A stretch of DNA of 63,930 nucleotides, counting the filler, from Octopus bimaculoides (taxonomy: Eukaryota): the NCBI RefSeq assembly GCF_001194135.2. It is 6 parts of 6 records of this genome, joined end to end, with 100 filler letters (N's around TTAATTAATTAA, not from the genome) between each part and the next. Parts side by side here need not be neighbours in the genome. Positions count along the whole stretch, not along the records: positions 1 to 21,736 come from NC_068990.1; positions 21,837 to 41,950 come from NC_068994.1; 4 more parts are not named here. The stretch is one strand, 5' to 3'. This document shows, piece after piece, positions 12,830-25,551 of this stretch (positions within the stretch are counted from its first letter, which is position 1; the number at the start of each line of letters is the position of its first letter). Made by a program: the position numbers and the translations under genes. The notes under the pieces were generated by a model. The model saw nothing but the letters and a program-made list of their open reading frames with translations. It made no database searches and was not told where the DNA came from.

Positions 12830-13699
12830 TGTGTTTGACCCCCCCACACACACACACACACCATTTTGATAACTGGTGTTGGCTTCTTTATGTCACATAA
12901 CTTTGCAGCTCAGCAAAAAGAGAGCAATAGAATAAGTACTGGACTTATAAACTTTAGTACTGGGGTTGATTTTTCAAATAAATTCTTCAAAGTGGTGCCC
13001 CAGCATGGCCATAATCCAATGAAGGAACCAAGTAAAAGATTATAAGAATTGGACTCCCTTAAATAAGAGAGAAGATTACTTTAAAATAATGTTGTTTTGA
13101 GTTTGATTCCTGTTGCCTGAAACCTTCAGCACAAGCCTTCTAGTCATAGTTTGGTTTATACTGACACTGTATGAAAGCTTGTTAGATGACCGGTACCTAA
13201 TGAGTTGCAGTTTCTCTTTCCTTTCAGCCAGCTCTCATGAAGTTCCTGTAAAGGTTACAGGCCTAGCTCTTCCTCCAAGGCTAAACCATGGGAGAGATGG
13301 TCGGAAGAAAGAAAACTGTAGTCATTTGTAATTCACTTGAAATGAAAGATTATTTATATTCTGGTCTGAGATGAAAGCTGCAAAATGCAAATGAATTCCT
13401 TAATGAAGGGAAGTGTATGAAAAAAAAATAGCTAAGAGTGTGGTCACGTGATCCATGTCTTTGCAGCAGACATTTGCAAAAGTAGCAGAAAAATACAACC
13501 ACTACAAACAAAACCTGGTAAAGGGCAATATTAATGAGATAATTTACTGCTTAAATGAGATGTAGAGATAGCTGGCCGGATATAACTTTTTATATATATA
13601 TACTGTTACCTTTGTAGGAGCGAATAAAATATCTGATTTTACTTATTGATAGTATTTTTTGTAACTAGTACTTTGAATACCGATAATATTAATCATCAT

Positions 13700-13912
13700 C
13701 ATCATTTAACGTGCATTTTCCATGCTGGCATGGGTTGCACAGTTTGACAGGCACTGGCCAGCTGGAGTGCTGCACCAGGCTCCAATTGTCTGATCTGGCT
13801 TGGTTTCTTCAGCTGGATGCCCTTCCTAACACCAACCACTTTACAGAGTGTACTGGATGTTTTTTATGTGGCACTAAGATGGGAACTTTTTATATGGCAT
13901 CAGCACAGGTGC

Positions 13913-13961
<49 letters not shown>

Positions 13962-14230
13962 TAACAAAGGTCTCAGATTTTTGTACAAGGCGAGAAATCT
14001 TGGGGGATGGGGTAAATCAGGCTCCAATATGGTCTGGCAATGTTTCTACAGCTGGATGCCCTTCCTAATGCCAACCACTCCGAGAGTGTGGTGGGTGCCT
14101 TTTACGTACTGCCAGCACGGGAGCCAGTCAGGCAGCATTGGCATCGACCAAGTTTGGGATGGTACTTTTTACACACCACTGGCATGGGGAGCCAGTCAGG
14201 CGGCACTGGTTTTGAATTTTGACACAAGGC
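13700..14230 (-). mobile_element. Short copy of the RTE 3' end, (GAT)n-tailed
   Basis: Homologous to 53301-53800. Other copies at about 785-1130, 1170-1410, 4380-4540, 6390-6570, 35935-36210 and 48816-49105. Confidence 0.75.
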
Positions 14231-14425
14231 CAGCAGTTTTGTAGGAGGGTCCAAGTTGATTAAATTGACTCCAGTGTCCAACTGGCACTTATTTTATTGA
14301 CCCTGAAAGGATGAAAGGCAAATTGACCTCGGCAGAATTTGAACTCAGAATGTAAAGATAGAAGAAATGCCACCAAGCATTTTGCCCGGCGTACTAACAG
14401 CCCTGCCAGCTTGCTGCCTTAAATA

Positions 14426-14484
<59 letters not shown>

Positions 14485-14915
14485 TTGCAGCTTTGAATTA
14501 GAGTTTTTCCTCTACACAGTTTTGCTAACAAAAAAAAAAACAAAAGTAACATTAAAAAAAAAACACATTTTCTGCATTTAAATTTTTATTTACATTTTCA
14601 CAAATTTCATTGCTTAGAATTTAAGAGTTTTAATGTCTGCCAATGTTGTTAGCACCGACTAAACAAACTGCAATAAATTTTGTTTCATGTTGTTTGCCTT
14701 CATACTGTGAAGTTTTTTTTTTTTCAAAGTAAGTTTATGATGTATTTGAAGATGTCTTTTAATGTTAGAAAATGTTGTATCATTCAGTTTAACACACAGA
14801 TATATTTTAATTTCAAATGAGTAAAAATATGTTATTGCTTTAGTCTTCATATTTTGTCTGGCTTAGTCTGTGAAATTTTCTTATGTTATGCTTATATATA
14901 TACACATATATATAC

Positions 14916-14946
<31 letters not shown>

Positions 14947-15094
14947 NNNNNNNNNNATTGTGCTTGTAAGATGTTATCTTTTGTTATATATATATGTGTG
15001 TGTGTGTGTGTATGAAGTATATGTGTTTGTATGTATCTGTTTATATATATATATGTATATGTGTGTGTATACATGTGTGGTTTTTGTATATGTG

Positions 15095-15134
<40 letters not shown>

Positions 15135-16538
15135 GATCAATATAAACCACTCTGGGAGCATTCTGTTTTTGCTTCATGTGTTTGTATTGACATTATTTAA
15201 AACAAGTCTTGTTATATAAAACAAGTCTTTTTTTCCTTCTAGTGAATGTCAAGGGATATAATTGTGCTTATATGATGTTATCGTTTGTTCTTTTTTTTCC
15301 TCCTGTTTTCCTCCTTGTCTAGTTAACAGACATATTGTTGGTTAGCCAGTATAACTTTCTCACTAACCACTTAGCTTTCACACAGGCTTTTATTGGATTA
15401 CTTTTTACAAAGTGTTTCAACAAACATAATGCATATTATTTCTCCATTTTTTCTCAAAATATTTTTTCCCTTTCTCTTATTTAATTTCCTTTTTTTTTAA
15501 ATTTTTGCTCCCATCTTCTTTTGTCTTTCCACAAGACTATCCTTTACATGTTTTGCAGAATGTTTTGTTATAATTATTCCATGTTAAAGACATTACAGTC
15601 GCCACAGGAAGGCAGGGGAAGAGGTCTCTCGTTTTAACATTAGCAAGAGCCTCTCTCTTTTCCTAAATGGCTATTTAGAAGTTAATGATGGCCTTCCAAA
15701 CTGCATTTTGTTCAGAGTTCTCATCTCTTTAAAAATATTTCTTGTCTTTGTTAACTACAAAGTATTTAAGTTATTCTGGATTCCTTTTTTTTTTTTTTTT
15801 TTTTAATATTCTATTAGCTCGTTACAAATTAAATTAAATGATTAACTGTCCCTATTGTTCTTTAGATTCTTCTTTATGGTTAAATGGTCTCCAGAATAAA
15901 AGTATTGTCATATTTGACAATAATTTTGCTTGGTGATATTTTGATATTTTCTTTGTTAAAGTATCAGACAGTCTTAGAAAACTGAAGGGACAGAAGACAA
16001 TGGAGAGAATGGTTTGATCAGGAAACATTAACAGCATTAGATGCCCTTTTTTTTAATAAACGTCTGGCAAGTAAAACTGGGATGGGTTAATAGTCTAAGG
16101 ATAAAAAAACCTTCCTTTTAGTTGAGAAAAAGAGTTAAGGGAAGTTTGTTAGTTTTTGGTGGCTAGAGGCTGGAATTTACTTTGAATTTTTTGACTCACC
16201 GTAATATAGAAAACATGTTTAGATTGTTGATGATAAAAATGTGGTCTGGTCATGTGGTGTGTGTGAATTAGTACATATACTTGTGTGGCATTACAGTATC
16301 AGCAGTGGTAGATAGGGTATGTTGTTCTTTAGTACATAGTATTGTGTGAGTTTGATAAAAGATGAAGTAGTTGTTTGTTATTGTATGGCCCTGGATCAGC
16401 CATGGTTCATGATCCCTTTGATCAGAGGTCTTCCAACTGTGGCTGCTCAATATTGTTTTTGCAGCTACTATGTATCTTCATCAATGCATCCTTCATTTTT
16501 TTCCCTTTTGTCTTTAAAGAGAAAAGTGTTTGATTTAA

Positions 16539-16747
16539 TCCTTTAGCATTTAAACACATCTGGCTCAAATATTATTCCTGTTTTATGTTCAAACTAGCCA
16601 GATCTGGTGTCTCACACCTACCCTACAATGTCAATCTAAAAATAGACATCATCAAAATCTCAAAGCTATGAGATAATTTATGATTAAATCAGAACAATGT
16701 GAATAAATAATCATTATATTTGGTGGAGTAATCTGAAGGCTAAAGGG
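16539..16747. mobile_element. piggyBac-type MITE
   Basis: TTAA|TCCTTTAGCATT ... GGCTAAAGGG|TTAA. Confidence 0.78.
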
Positions 16748-17093
16748 TTAAAGGAGATTTGGCTGCTATTTCTAACAGTTCAAGTGATAGCATTGAAACT
16801 AAGTAGTTGTGTTGTACCACACAATTACTTCAACCACAACTTGTGTTGTTTAGTACATAGTATTATGTACTTCAAATAGCACCAGACTCTTCAAATATTA
16901 TCACCCTGCCTGTGCTTTTGTATGCAAGTGAGATGTAGGCTGCTACGAAGAGGACAGAACATTGATTGGCCACAACATAAAGAGCCATGGAAATATTCAT
17001 GCTAAGAATATTAAGAGAGCACATTCAAAATGAGATAATTCAACTGCAGTCTGATGATGGCTTAGCTGAGTGAAACTTCAAAGTCCCTAGGTG

Positions 17094-17475
17094 CAAGGGT
17101 GGCTGTGTGGTAAGAAGCTTACTTCCCAACCACGTGGTTCCAGGTTCAGTCCCACTGCGTGGCACTTTGGGCAAGTGTCTTTTACTATACTATAGTCTCA
17201 GGCTGACCAAAGCCTTGTGAGTGGATTTGGTAGATGAAAACTGAAAGAAGCCTGTTGTATATATATACATATATGTATTTGTGTGTGTGTTTGTTCCCCC
17301 ACCATCGCTTGACAACTGATGTTGGTGTGTTGACTTCCCTGTAACTTAGCAAAAGAGACTGATAGAATAAGTACTAGGCTTACAAAGAATAAATCCTGGG
17401 GTTGATTTGTTTGACTAAAGGCAGTGCTCCAGCATGGTCGCAGTTAAATGACTGAAACAAGTAAAAGAATAAAAG
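17094..17475 (+). mobile_element. Full-length SINE family A copy
   Basis: Same head, central microsatellite and tail as 7397-7845. Confidence 0.85.
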
Positions 17476-17496
17476 AATATATATATATATACATAC

Positions 17497-17541
<45 letters not shown>

Positions 17542-19000
17542 NNNNNNNNNNNNNNNNNNNNNNNNNNNNNNNNNNNNNNNNNNNNNNNNNNNNNNNNNNN
17601 NNNNNNNNNNNNNNNNNNNNNNNNNNNNNNNNNNNNNNNNNNNNNNNNNNNNNNNNNNNNNNNNNNNNNNNNNNNNNNNNNNNNNNNNNNNNNNNNNNNN
17701 NNNNNNNNNNNNNNNNNNNNNNNNNNNNNNNNNNNNNNNNNNNNNNNNNNNNNNNNNNNNNNNNNNNNNNNNNNNNNNNNNNNNNNNNNNNNNNNNNNNN
17801 NNNNNNNNNNNNNNNNNNNNNNNNNNNNNNNNNNNNNNNNNNNNNNNNNNNNNNNNNNNNNNNNNNNNNNNNNNNNNNNNNNNNNNNNNNNNNNNNNNNN
17901 NNNNNNNNNNNNNNNNNNNNNNNNNNNNNNNNNNNNNNNNNNNNNNNNNNNNNNNNNNNNNNNNNNNNNNNNNNNNNNNNNNNNNNNNNNNNNNNNNNNN
18001 NNNNNNNNNNNNNNNNNNNNNNNNNNNNNNNNNNNNNNNNNNNNNNNNNNNNNNNNNNNNNNNNNATATATATTTCTATGTGTGTGCGCATTTGCATGTC
18101 TATGTTTTTGTTTACATTTATTTACAGTCTATGAAATTTGCAAGCTACAAGTGATGTTATCGTTGTTGTTTCTGTCAACAAATCCTCTGTGTGTTTCCAT
18201 AGAGACATGGAATAAAAGTTCCATCAGTTGAAACAACAAGTAATGTTTAATGACAGGAAAGGCATCCATCCAGCTGTCAAAGAAAGCTTCGCTGATATAT
18301 TCGTCTAACCCATGCTAGCACAAAAAATCAGACATAAAATGAACACATGAACTAGTGATATCTTTGGATATAAATACCTATTAATATGTCAAGAGCTAGA
18401 CTGACAGATTCCAGTCAAATGATTGAAGAATCAGTTGGTCATATACCATTTTGAATGCTATGCTGTATTTTTGCAAGTGCATTTTACTCACAGTGTTGCT
18501 ACCCATTAATTGGCACTATAAACTCCTTTGATACCAAACCACCTGAGACTGGCCCTAATTCTATGATATATATATACTTGATGCTTTAAAGTGGTCTAAA
18601 TTGAAAACATCCATCTAAATTTCATGTTAATATATGTTGCAAGTACCAACTTAGTAATGACAAGGTCATTTTACTAAATTCTTTGTTATTTTCAAAATTA
18701 ACTGGAACAAAAGCAGTGTATTTTAACAGAAATATGGTAACAAAAGGGTTAAGAAGTACAGTTTGCCACTGTAAGCAGTGGGAACACTGTACAATTCACA
18801 ACTGTTTCATTAGCTCCCATTGTTGAGTTTAAATCCTGGCATTAGTTTAGTTTAGAGAGGAATGAGTTTGATGAGGCTGAGTTTACTGAAATCCCTTCAT
18901 GACAAAATGAACTACAGGGCAAACATCCATTTTCATAAAACAGAAGATGGAATTTTACAAAAACAGAAAGAAGAAAAAGAATCAATTAGTCATTCTTTAA

Positions 19001-19219
19001 CCCTTTAGCATTTAAACTAACCATATCCAGCCCAAATATTCTCCCAGTTTTTGTTCAAACTGGCCAGATCCGGTTTCTCTCACCAACCATGCAGTTTCAT
19101 TCTAAAAATAAACAGTCACATCTTTGAAACCTTGAAGCTACAAGATAATGCATGATTAATTCAAAACAAAGGGAATAAATAAGCATACATTTGGTAGAGT
19201 AATCCTGAATGCTAAAGGG
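19001..19219. mobile_element. piggyBac-type MITE
   Basis: TTAA|CCCTTTAGCATT ... AATGCTAAAGGG|TTAA; perfect 12-bp TIR and TTAA target duplication. Confidence 0.85.
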
Positions 19220-19283
19220 TTAAACAGAAATACCATCAGTTGCCTCCTTAGATTTTTCCTTTCTGTTTTCTTTTTTCTTTTTT

Positions 19284-19317
<34 letters not shown>

Positions 19318-20965
19318 TTTTTCTTTTTTGTCTACCATATTAGCTCTTTAAGTTGTTTTTGCTTGTGAATTATTTCATTTGCAAGATGTTGAGATGTTCT
19401 GCTTACAAGAAATCTAGAAGACATATCTAATAAATCTCAGCCATACTAAGTAAATTTGATAGGGTTTTTACTGAGAAAATGTGGGTGGATGAGAGCCAAA
19501 GAACTGCAGCGGTATTTCAGGGCATGAGTGTAAAGTGACAGATGATGAGAGAGAAAAACATTTCTCAGGGTTTGTTTTGTTTTCCTTTTACTTTCTTCAT
19601 TGTGTAGTTAATCAGATGTTCCATCTAGTTTCTCATACAATTAATGTGTAATGTGTTTGTCTTACTTCATATCTAACTGATGTGTAAAGTATTTTGAATA
19701 AAATCTAACATTTTATAGATAGTGTCTCTGTTTATGAGAGGTTGTGATGTCCCCTTTTTTTGCTGTTAATATTTGTTAGTAGAAAAGTAGCAAGCTGGCA
19801 GAGTCATTACCAATGCCAGGCAAAATGCTTAGCAGCATTTCGTCTATCTTCATGTTCTGAGTTCAAATTCTGCTGAGGTTGATCAAGGTTGATGTAAGTG
19901 ACTTATCCCCACTCCTGCCAAACTTGCTGGCCCTGTGCCAGAATTTGAAACCCATATCTGTTAGTGCAGACATGGGCATTGCTTTGTGGCTAAGAAGTAT
20001 GGCACCTTGGGTAAGTGTCTTCTACATGGCACCTTGGGTAAGTGTCTTCTATTGTAGCCCCAGGCCAACCAAAGCCTTGTGAGTTGATTTCTTAGGCAGA
20101 AACGCATAAACTCTCATGCCTTGGGAAACTTTGTAACTTCCGATAATAAAAATAATATTTTTCTATGTGTTTGTGAGCATGTGTGTGTCTGTGTGTATGT
20201 TTGTGTGTATGTTTGTGTCTGTGTGCAATTGTTTTTGTGTATGTATGTGTGTTTATGTATGTTTGTGAATGTGTTTGTGTGTGTGTGTATTTTTCAAATA
20301 GCAGTTTGACTCATCTCTACATATGACTTAAACTTTCATGGCTACACATGACATGTCCAACCAAGCTCTGCTTCGAGTATCTGATGAGTGACATGTGTCC
20401 TACATGCCTGTGAAACTTTTAGCCAAGTTACCATTTGTTTCACACCTGCTACTGTACTGAGTAATATAGTTGAGCCATCCGACCTGCTGGCTGAAAGAAC
20501 TTAGCCGCTTTACTGTTGGGGGAAAATATAAAGTCTTGGTCAATTTGGTGGTGAAGAAATCAAACTGAAAAGAGGCCAGACATGGCCAGCATGTCTGATG
20601 AGTCATCTGTATTGCCCAGTGCAATGGTAGATATGAAACTAATGGTAACTTTCTGACAGGTTATATGCCATAACCAAGGATGTACTATTTGAGCAGATAG
20701 AAATATAAGAACTGTGCTTTTTTTATGATTTATGAAACAACTGACCAATAAATAGGTATATATATATATATATATATNNNNNNNNNNNNNNNNNNNNNNN
20801 NNNNNNNNNNNNNNNNNNNNNNNNNNNNNNNNNNNNNNNNNNNNNNNNNNNNNNNNNNNNNNNNNNNNNNNNNNNNNNNNNNNNNNNNNNNNNNNNNNNN
20901 NNNNNNNNNNNNNNNNNNNNNNNNNNNNNNNNNNNNNNNNNNNNNNNNNNNNNNNNNNNNNNNNT

Positions 20966-21205
20966 CTGTTGTGTCAGGGGAGAGTCATTCTCTTTTGGTG
21001 CCTTATAATTTAACACACTCACCGGTAAAATTTCCACTTACTTCTTTTTTTATTTTTTATATATTTTTCTAAAATTTTCGTTGCGTCTTGCATCCTTTTC
21101 AATAGTTTTGAGTCAAAATATAAAAAGAAATAAGTGGAAATTTTACAGGTGAGTGTGTTAAATTATAAGGCACCAAAAGAGAATGACTCTCCCTAGACAC
21201 AACGG
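20966..21205. mobile_element. MITE with about 80-bp, near-identical terminal inverted repeats
   Basis: gttgtgtcaggggagagtcattctcttttggtgccttataatttaacacactcacc... at 20968 is the reverse complement of ...ggtgagtgtgttaaattataaggcaccaaaagagaatgactctccctagacacaac ending 21203; TA on the right flank. Confidence 0.88.
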
Positions 21206-21238
<33 letters not shown>

Positions 21239-21240
21239 AT

Positions 21241-21271
<31 letters not shown>

Positions 21272-21335
21272 TTTTATTTCAACAAGTCTTTAATAATTTG
21301 TCCAATACAATGGTTCTTTCTCTCACATTTTCCAG

Positions 21336-21398
21336 AATATTGGTGACATGTTTATCACCGTTGGCATGTGTGAACAGGCTGTGGAGGCTTACATCAAG
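21336..21398 (+). CDS. WDR35: WDR35/IFT121 internal coding exon ([21 protein letters not shown])
   Basis: cacattttccag acceptor; AAG|GTTCGT donor; 63 nt, 21 codons. Matches recalled human [21 protein letters not shown]. Confidence 0.93.
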
Positions 21399-21688
21399 GT
21401 TCGTATTGGTTCCTTTTATTTTCTCCTCTTTCTTTGTGATCAATAGTTTCCATTATTGGGTGTGGTCAGTCTCCACAGCATCTAACGTTGGGTTTTGATG
21501 TGAAGATGATAGTATGAAGATGTCTGAAGAAATGCTACTTTCATTTAGATAGGCTGCAGCGTTTTTTTACCCCTTTAAAAGAAAAGAAAAGCAACAAAAA
21601 TGAAAAAAATCTACATGCATTTTAGGTATTGAACCTTGCTTTGAACTTGAAACTCATGGCATGAATTAAAGCACACACACACACATGT

Positions 21689-21736
<48 letters not shown>

Positions 21737-21836
21737 NNNNNNNNNNNNNNNNNNNNNNNNNNNNNNNNNNNNNNNNNNNNTTAATTAATTAANNNNNNNN
21801 NNNNNNNNNNNNNNNNNNNNNNNNNNNNNNNNNNNN
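21737..21836. other. Artificial scaffold-join spacer (44 N + TTAATTAATTAA + 44 N)
   Basis: Exact 100-nt pattern; the 12-mer has stops in all six frames; five identical occurrences in the window. Confidence 0.95.
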
Positions 21837-23771
21837 TATATGAATATATAATAATATTAGGGACAAAATCCAAAATTACAGGTAAAAACTCAATTAAAAT
21901 CAATTTATAAAAAATTAAAATTAAATTGAGCTTTACAGATTAAAATATATTAATTTTTCTACATTTGATAGTGGATTTTCATCGATGAGTTCATGAAACT
22001 TGGTTCTTTTCCCTAAAACTATATATATATATGAATATATATATGTGTGTGTATGTGCATCTGTGTATGTATGTATGTCTGTATAGATATGTATATATAT
22101 GTATATGTGTTCAACATGTATGTGTGTATGTGCATATGTGTGTGTTTGTATGGATATGCAGAGATCTATCTATATATATATATATTTATAAAGCGACTAG
22201 TCACTATATAAAACCAAAAGACAGGAGTACAATTGTCACTAAATTGACTAAGGGTGCAAATCAGCACCATCATTGCCAGAAATAAGAGTTAAAACAACAC
22301 TTAGACACAACCAGATCACTATCTATTGACTGACAAGGGAGACTACCTCCCTACAACAAGCGAGAGCATCAAATCATTGGCGATTTTGGATAGAATTAAT
22401 CATCAGTGACGCTACTTTACTGCCGATAGTTAAGCTAACTCAATTAAAATCAATTTATAAAAAATTAAAATTAAATTGAGCCTTATAGATAAAGTATATA
22501 TAAAATATATAGTTTTGAGTTTGAATTACGGAAAAATTTGGATAAGTACTGTTTTCACTTTGCTAAAGATTTTCTACTATTTGAAAATAATATGTATTCT
22601 TGTTTTTATACTATTCATTTGGTTCTTTATAGATTATTTTAATAGATAACTTATTTAACACTAAATTATTTAGAAGTTATAGTTTCATTTCAACATAATA
22701 TTAGAACTTCGATTGGAATAGTGTTGATATATTTTCGATTATTTTTGATTAATATTATTTGATTAATTATTAATCTTTATAGTTTTTAATATCGNNNNNN
22801 NNNNNNNNNNNNNNNNNNNNNNNNNNNNNNNNNNNNNNNNNNNNNNNNNNNNNNNNNNNNNNNNNNNNNNNNNNNNNNNNNNNNNNNNNNNNNNNNNNNN
22901 NNNNNNNNNNNNNNNNNNNNNNNNNNNNNNNNNNNNNNNNNNNNNNNNNNNNNNNNNNNNNNNNNNNNNNNNNNNNNNNNNNNNNNNNNNNNNNNNNNNN
23001 NNNNNNNNNNNNNNNNNNNNNNNNNNNNNNNNNNNNNNNNNNNNNNNNNNNNNNNNNNNNNNNNNNNNNNNNNNNNNNNNNNNNNNNNNNNNNNNNNNNN
23101 NNNNNNNNNNNNNNNNNNNNNNNNNNNNNNNNNNNNNNNNNNNNNNNNNNNNNNNNNNNNNNNNNNNNNNNNNNNNNNNNNNNNNNNNNNNNNNNNNNNN
23201 NNNNNNNNNNNNNNNNNNNNNNNNNNNNNNNNNNNNNNNNNNNNNNNNNNNNNNNNNNNNNNNNNNNNNNNNNNNNNNNNNNNNNNNNNNNNNNNNNNNN
23301 NNNNNNNNNNNNNNNNNNNNNNNNNNNNNNNNNNNNNNNNNNNNNNNNNNNNNNNNNNNNNNNNNNNNNNNNNNNNNNNNNNNNNNNNNNNNNNNNNNNN
23401 NNNNNNNNNNNNNNNNNNNNNNNNNNNNNNNNNNNNNNNNNNNNNNNNNNNNNNNNNNNNNNNNNNNNNNNNNNNNNNNNNNNNNNNNNNNNNNNNNNNN
23501 NNNNNNNNNNNNNNNNNNNNNNNNNNNNNNNNNNNNNNNNNNNNNNNNNNNNNNNNNNNNNNNNNNNNNNNNNNNNNNNNNNNNNNNNNNNNNNNNNATA
23601 TATATATATATATATATATAAATATATATATAAGATAAAACTTACTTGGAAATGGATGAGTGGCATTCGATCGTATAATAACATAAATAATATATGAATA
23701 TATGTATGTATATATACATATATGTACATACCTACATATATATGCATATATACATGCCTATATGGAGAGAG

Positions 23772-23941
23772 GGCATCAAAAAGATGTAGACAAAATGAGA
23801 AACGAGAACGTGAAAAACAAAAACATAGAAAACGAACTTTTTTTGAACAACGAAAGAAATAAAGAAACAAGTCAGTTTGTTTTGTATGTTTTTGTTTTTT
23901 ATGTTCTCATTTGTCATTTTGTCTACGTTTTTTTGATATCC
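23772..23941. repeat. Imperfect inverted repeat (about 65-bp arms)
   Basis: Arms give near-identical translations on opposite strands (GHQKDVDKMRNENVKNKNIEN versus GYQKNVDKMTNENIKNKNIQN). Confidence 0.8.
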
Positions 23942-24029
23942 TGTACCCACATATGCATGTATATATACATATATTTGTAAGTATGTACATATAATGTATG
24001 TATATATGCATATGTTTATTTATATATTA

Positions 24030-24075
<46 letters not shown>

Positions 24076-24636
24076 NNNNNNNNNNNNNNNNNNNNNNNNN
24101 NNNNNNNNNNNNNNNNNNNNNNNNNNNNNNNNNNNNNNNNNNNNNNNNNNNNNNNNNNNNNNNNNNNNNNNNNNNNNNNNNNNNNNNNNNNNNNNNNNNN
24201 NNNNNNNNNNNNNNNNNNNNNNNNNNNNNNNNNNNNNNNNNNNNNNNNNNNNNNNNNNNNNNNNNNNNNNNNNNNNNNNNNNNNNNNNNNNNNNNNNNNN
24301 NNNNNNNNNNNNNNNNNNNNNNNNNNNNNNNNNNNNNNNNNNNNNNNNNNNNNNNNNNNNNNNNNNNNNNNNNNNNNNNNNNNNNNNNNNNNNNNNNNNN
24401 NNNNNNNNNNNNNNNNNNNNNNNNNNNNNNNNNNNNNNNNNNNNNNNNNNNNNNNNNNNNNNNNNNNNNNNNNNNNNNNNNNNNNNNNNNNNNNNNNNNN
24501 NNNNNNNNNNNNNNNNNNNNNNNNNNNNNNNNNNNNNNNNNNNNNNNNNNNNNNNNNNNNNNNNNNNNNNNNNNNNNNNNNNNNNNNNNNNNNNNNNNNN
24601 NNNNNNNNNNNNNNNNNNNNNNNNNNNNNNNNNNNN

Positions 24637-24667
<31 letters not shown>

Positions 24668-24668
24668 A

Positions 24669-25551
24669 CACTGACAGGGGAGGGGAGATAATCATCTCAT
24701 GAACAACTAGAGATCACTGGACTAGACTAGTTTTGCCTATCAGTTGTAGGCTTGTCAGTAATGACTACTCAATTGCCCTATGATTTGGCTAAATCAGACT
24801 GTTAGTATATATATTTACTATCTAATTTTATCGCAAAGTTGAGAGTTCAATTCCCAGCAACACATTGTGTCTTTGGGCAAGACACTTTATTTCACATTGC
24901 TTCAGTCCACTCAGCTGACAAAAAAGAGTAGTGATTGTATTTCAAAGGACCAGCCTTGTCATCATACTCTGTGTCGCACTGAATCTCCCTGAGAACTATG
25001 TTAAGGGTTCATGTGTCTGGGCAGTGCTCATCACATGCACATTAATTTCATTAGCAGGCTGTTCCATTGATTGGATCAACTGAAACCTTTGTCATTGCAA
25101 CTGATGGAGTGCCAGTTATATAATTTTATGGCTGATTTATCGAGATACTAATATGTATATCAAAAAGTAATATAAACGGCGAGGTGCAATATAAAACCAA
25201 AAGGAAAATGTAAATCCTCACTAGCTGGGACTGGAGGTGCTGGAGTATCTATATTGCAAGAAATAAGAGTTAAAAACTCATAATGCTTAACGAAAAGCAT
25301 TAGCAATGATTAAAGTTTTCTTTTTGGTTTTATATTGTTCCTAGCTGTTTATATTAACTTTTAATATACAAATTAGCATTTCACTAAATCAACCATCAAA
25401 TTATATGGTAAATATATATACTGTCAGTCTGATTTAGCCAAACCATAGGGCAAATGAGTAGTCAACACTGAGGAGTCTATGACTGACCGGTGAAACTAGT
25501 CTAGTTCAGTGATCTCTAGTCATTCCTGGGCAGTTATCTCCCCTGTTAGTG
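24669..25551. mobile_element. Non-autonomous DNA transposon with about 150-bp TIRs (CACTG...TAGTG, TA-flanked) containing a SINE fragment
   Basis: 24669-24820 and 25400-25551 are imperfect reverse complements; TA on both sides; SINE-like segment at about 24830-25120. Confidence 0.8.

Noticed and set aside
15608-15762. Open phase-compatible segment containing YLEVNDGLPN as the missing WDR35 exon
   Set aside because: Only a short chance resemblance to MLEDYEGLEN; the rest is unlike WDR35 and the splice sites are weak, whereas the true exons are well conserved.
17051-17090. CTGATGA...GAAAC...GTC hammerhead-like motif
   Set aside because: Stem I cannot form and stem II does not close.
20381-20430. 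CTGATGA...GAAAC...GTT hammerhead-like motif
   Set aside because: Stem I is one base pair and the base of stem II is poorly paired.
20400-20624. Minus-strand ORF as an antisense exon
   Set aside because: No recognisable homology; it overlaps repeat-like inverted motifs and has no supported partner exon.
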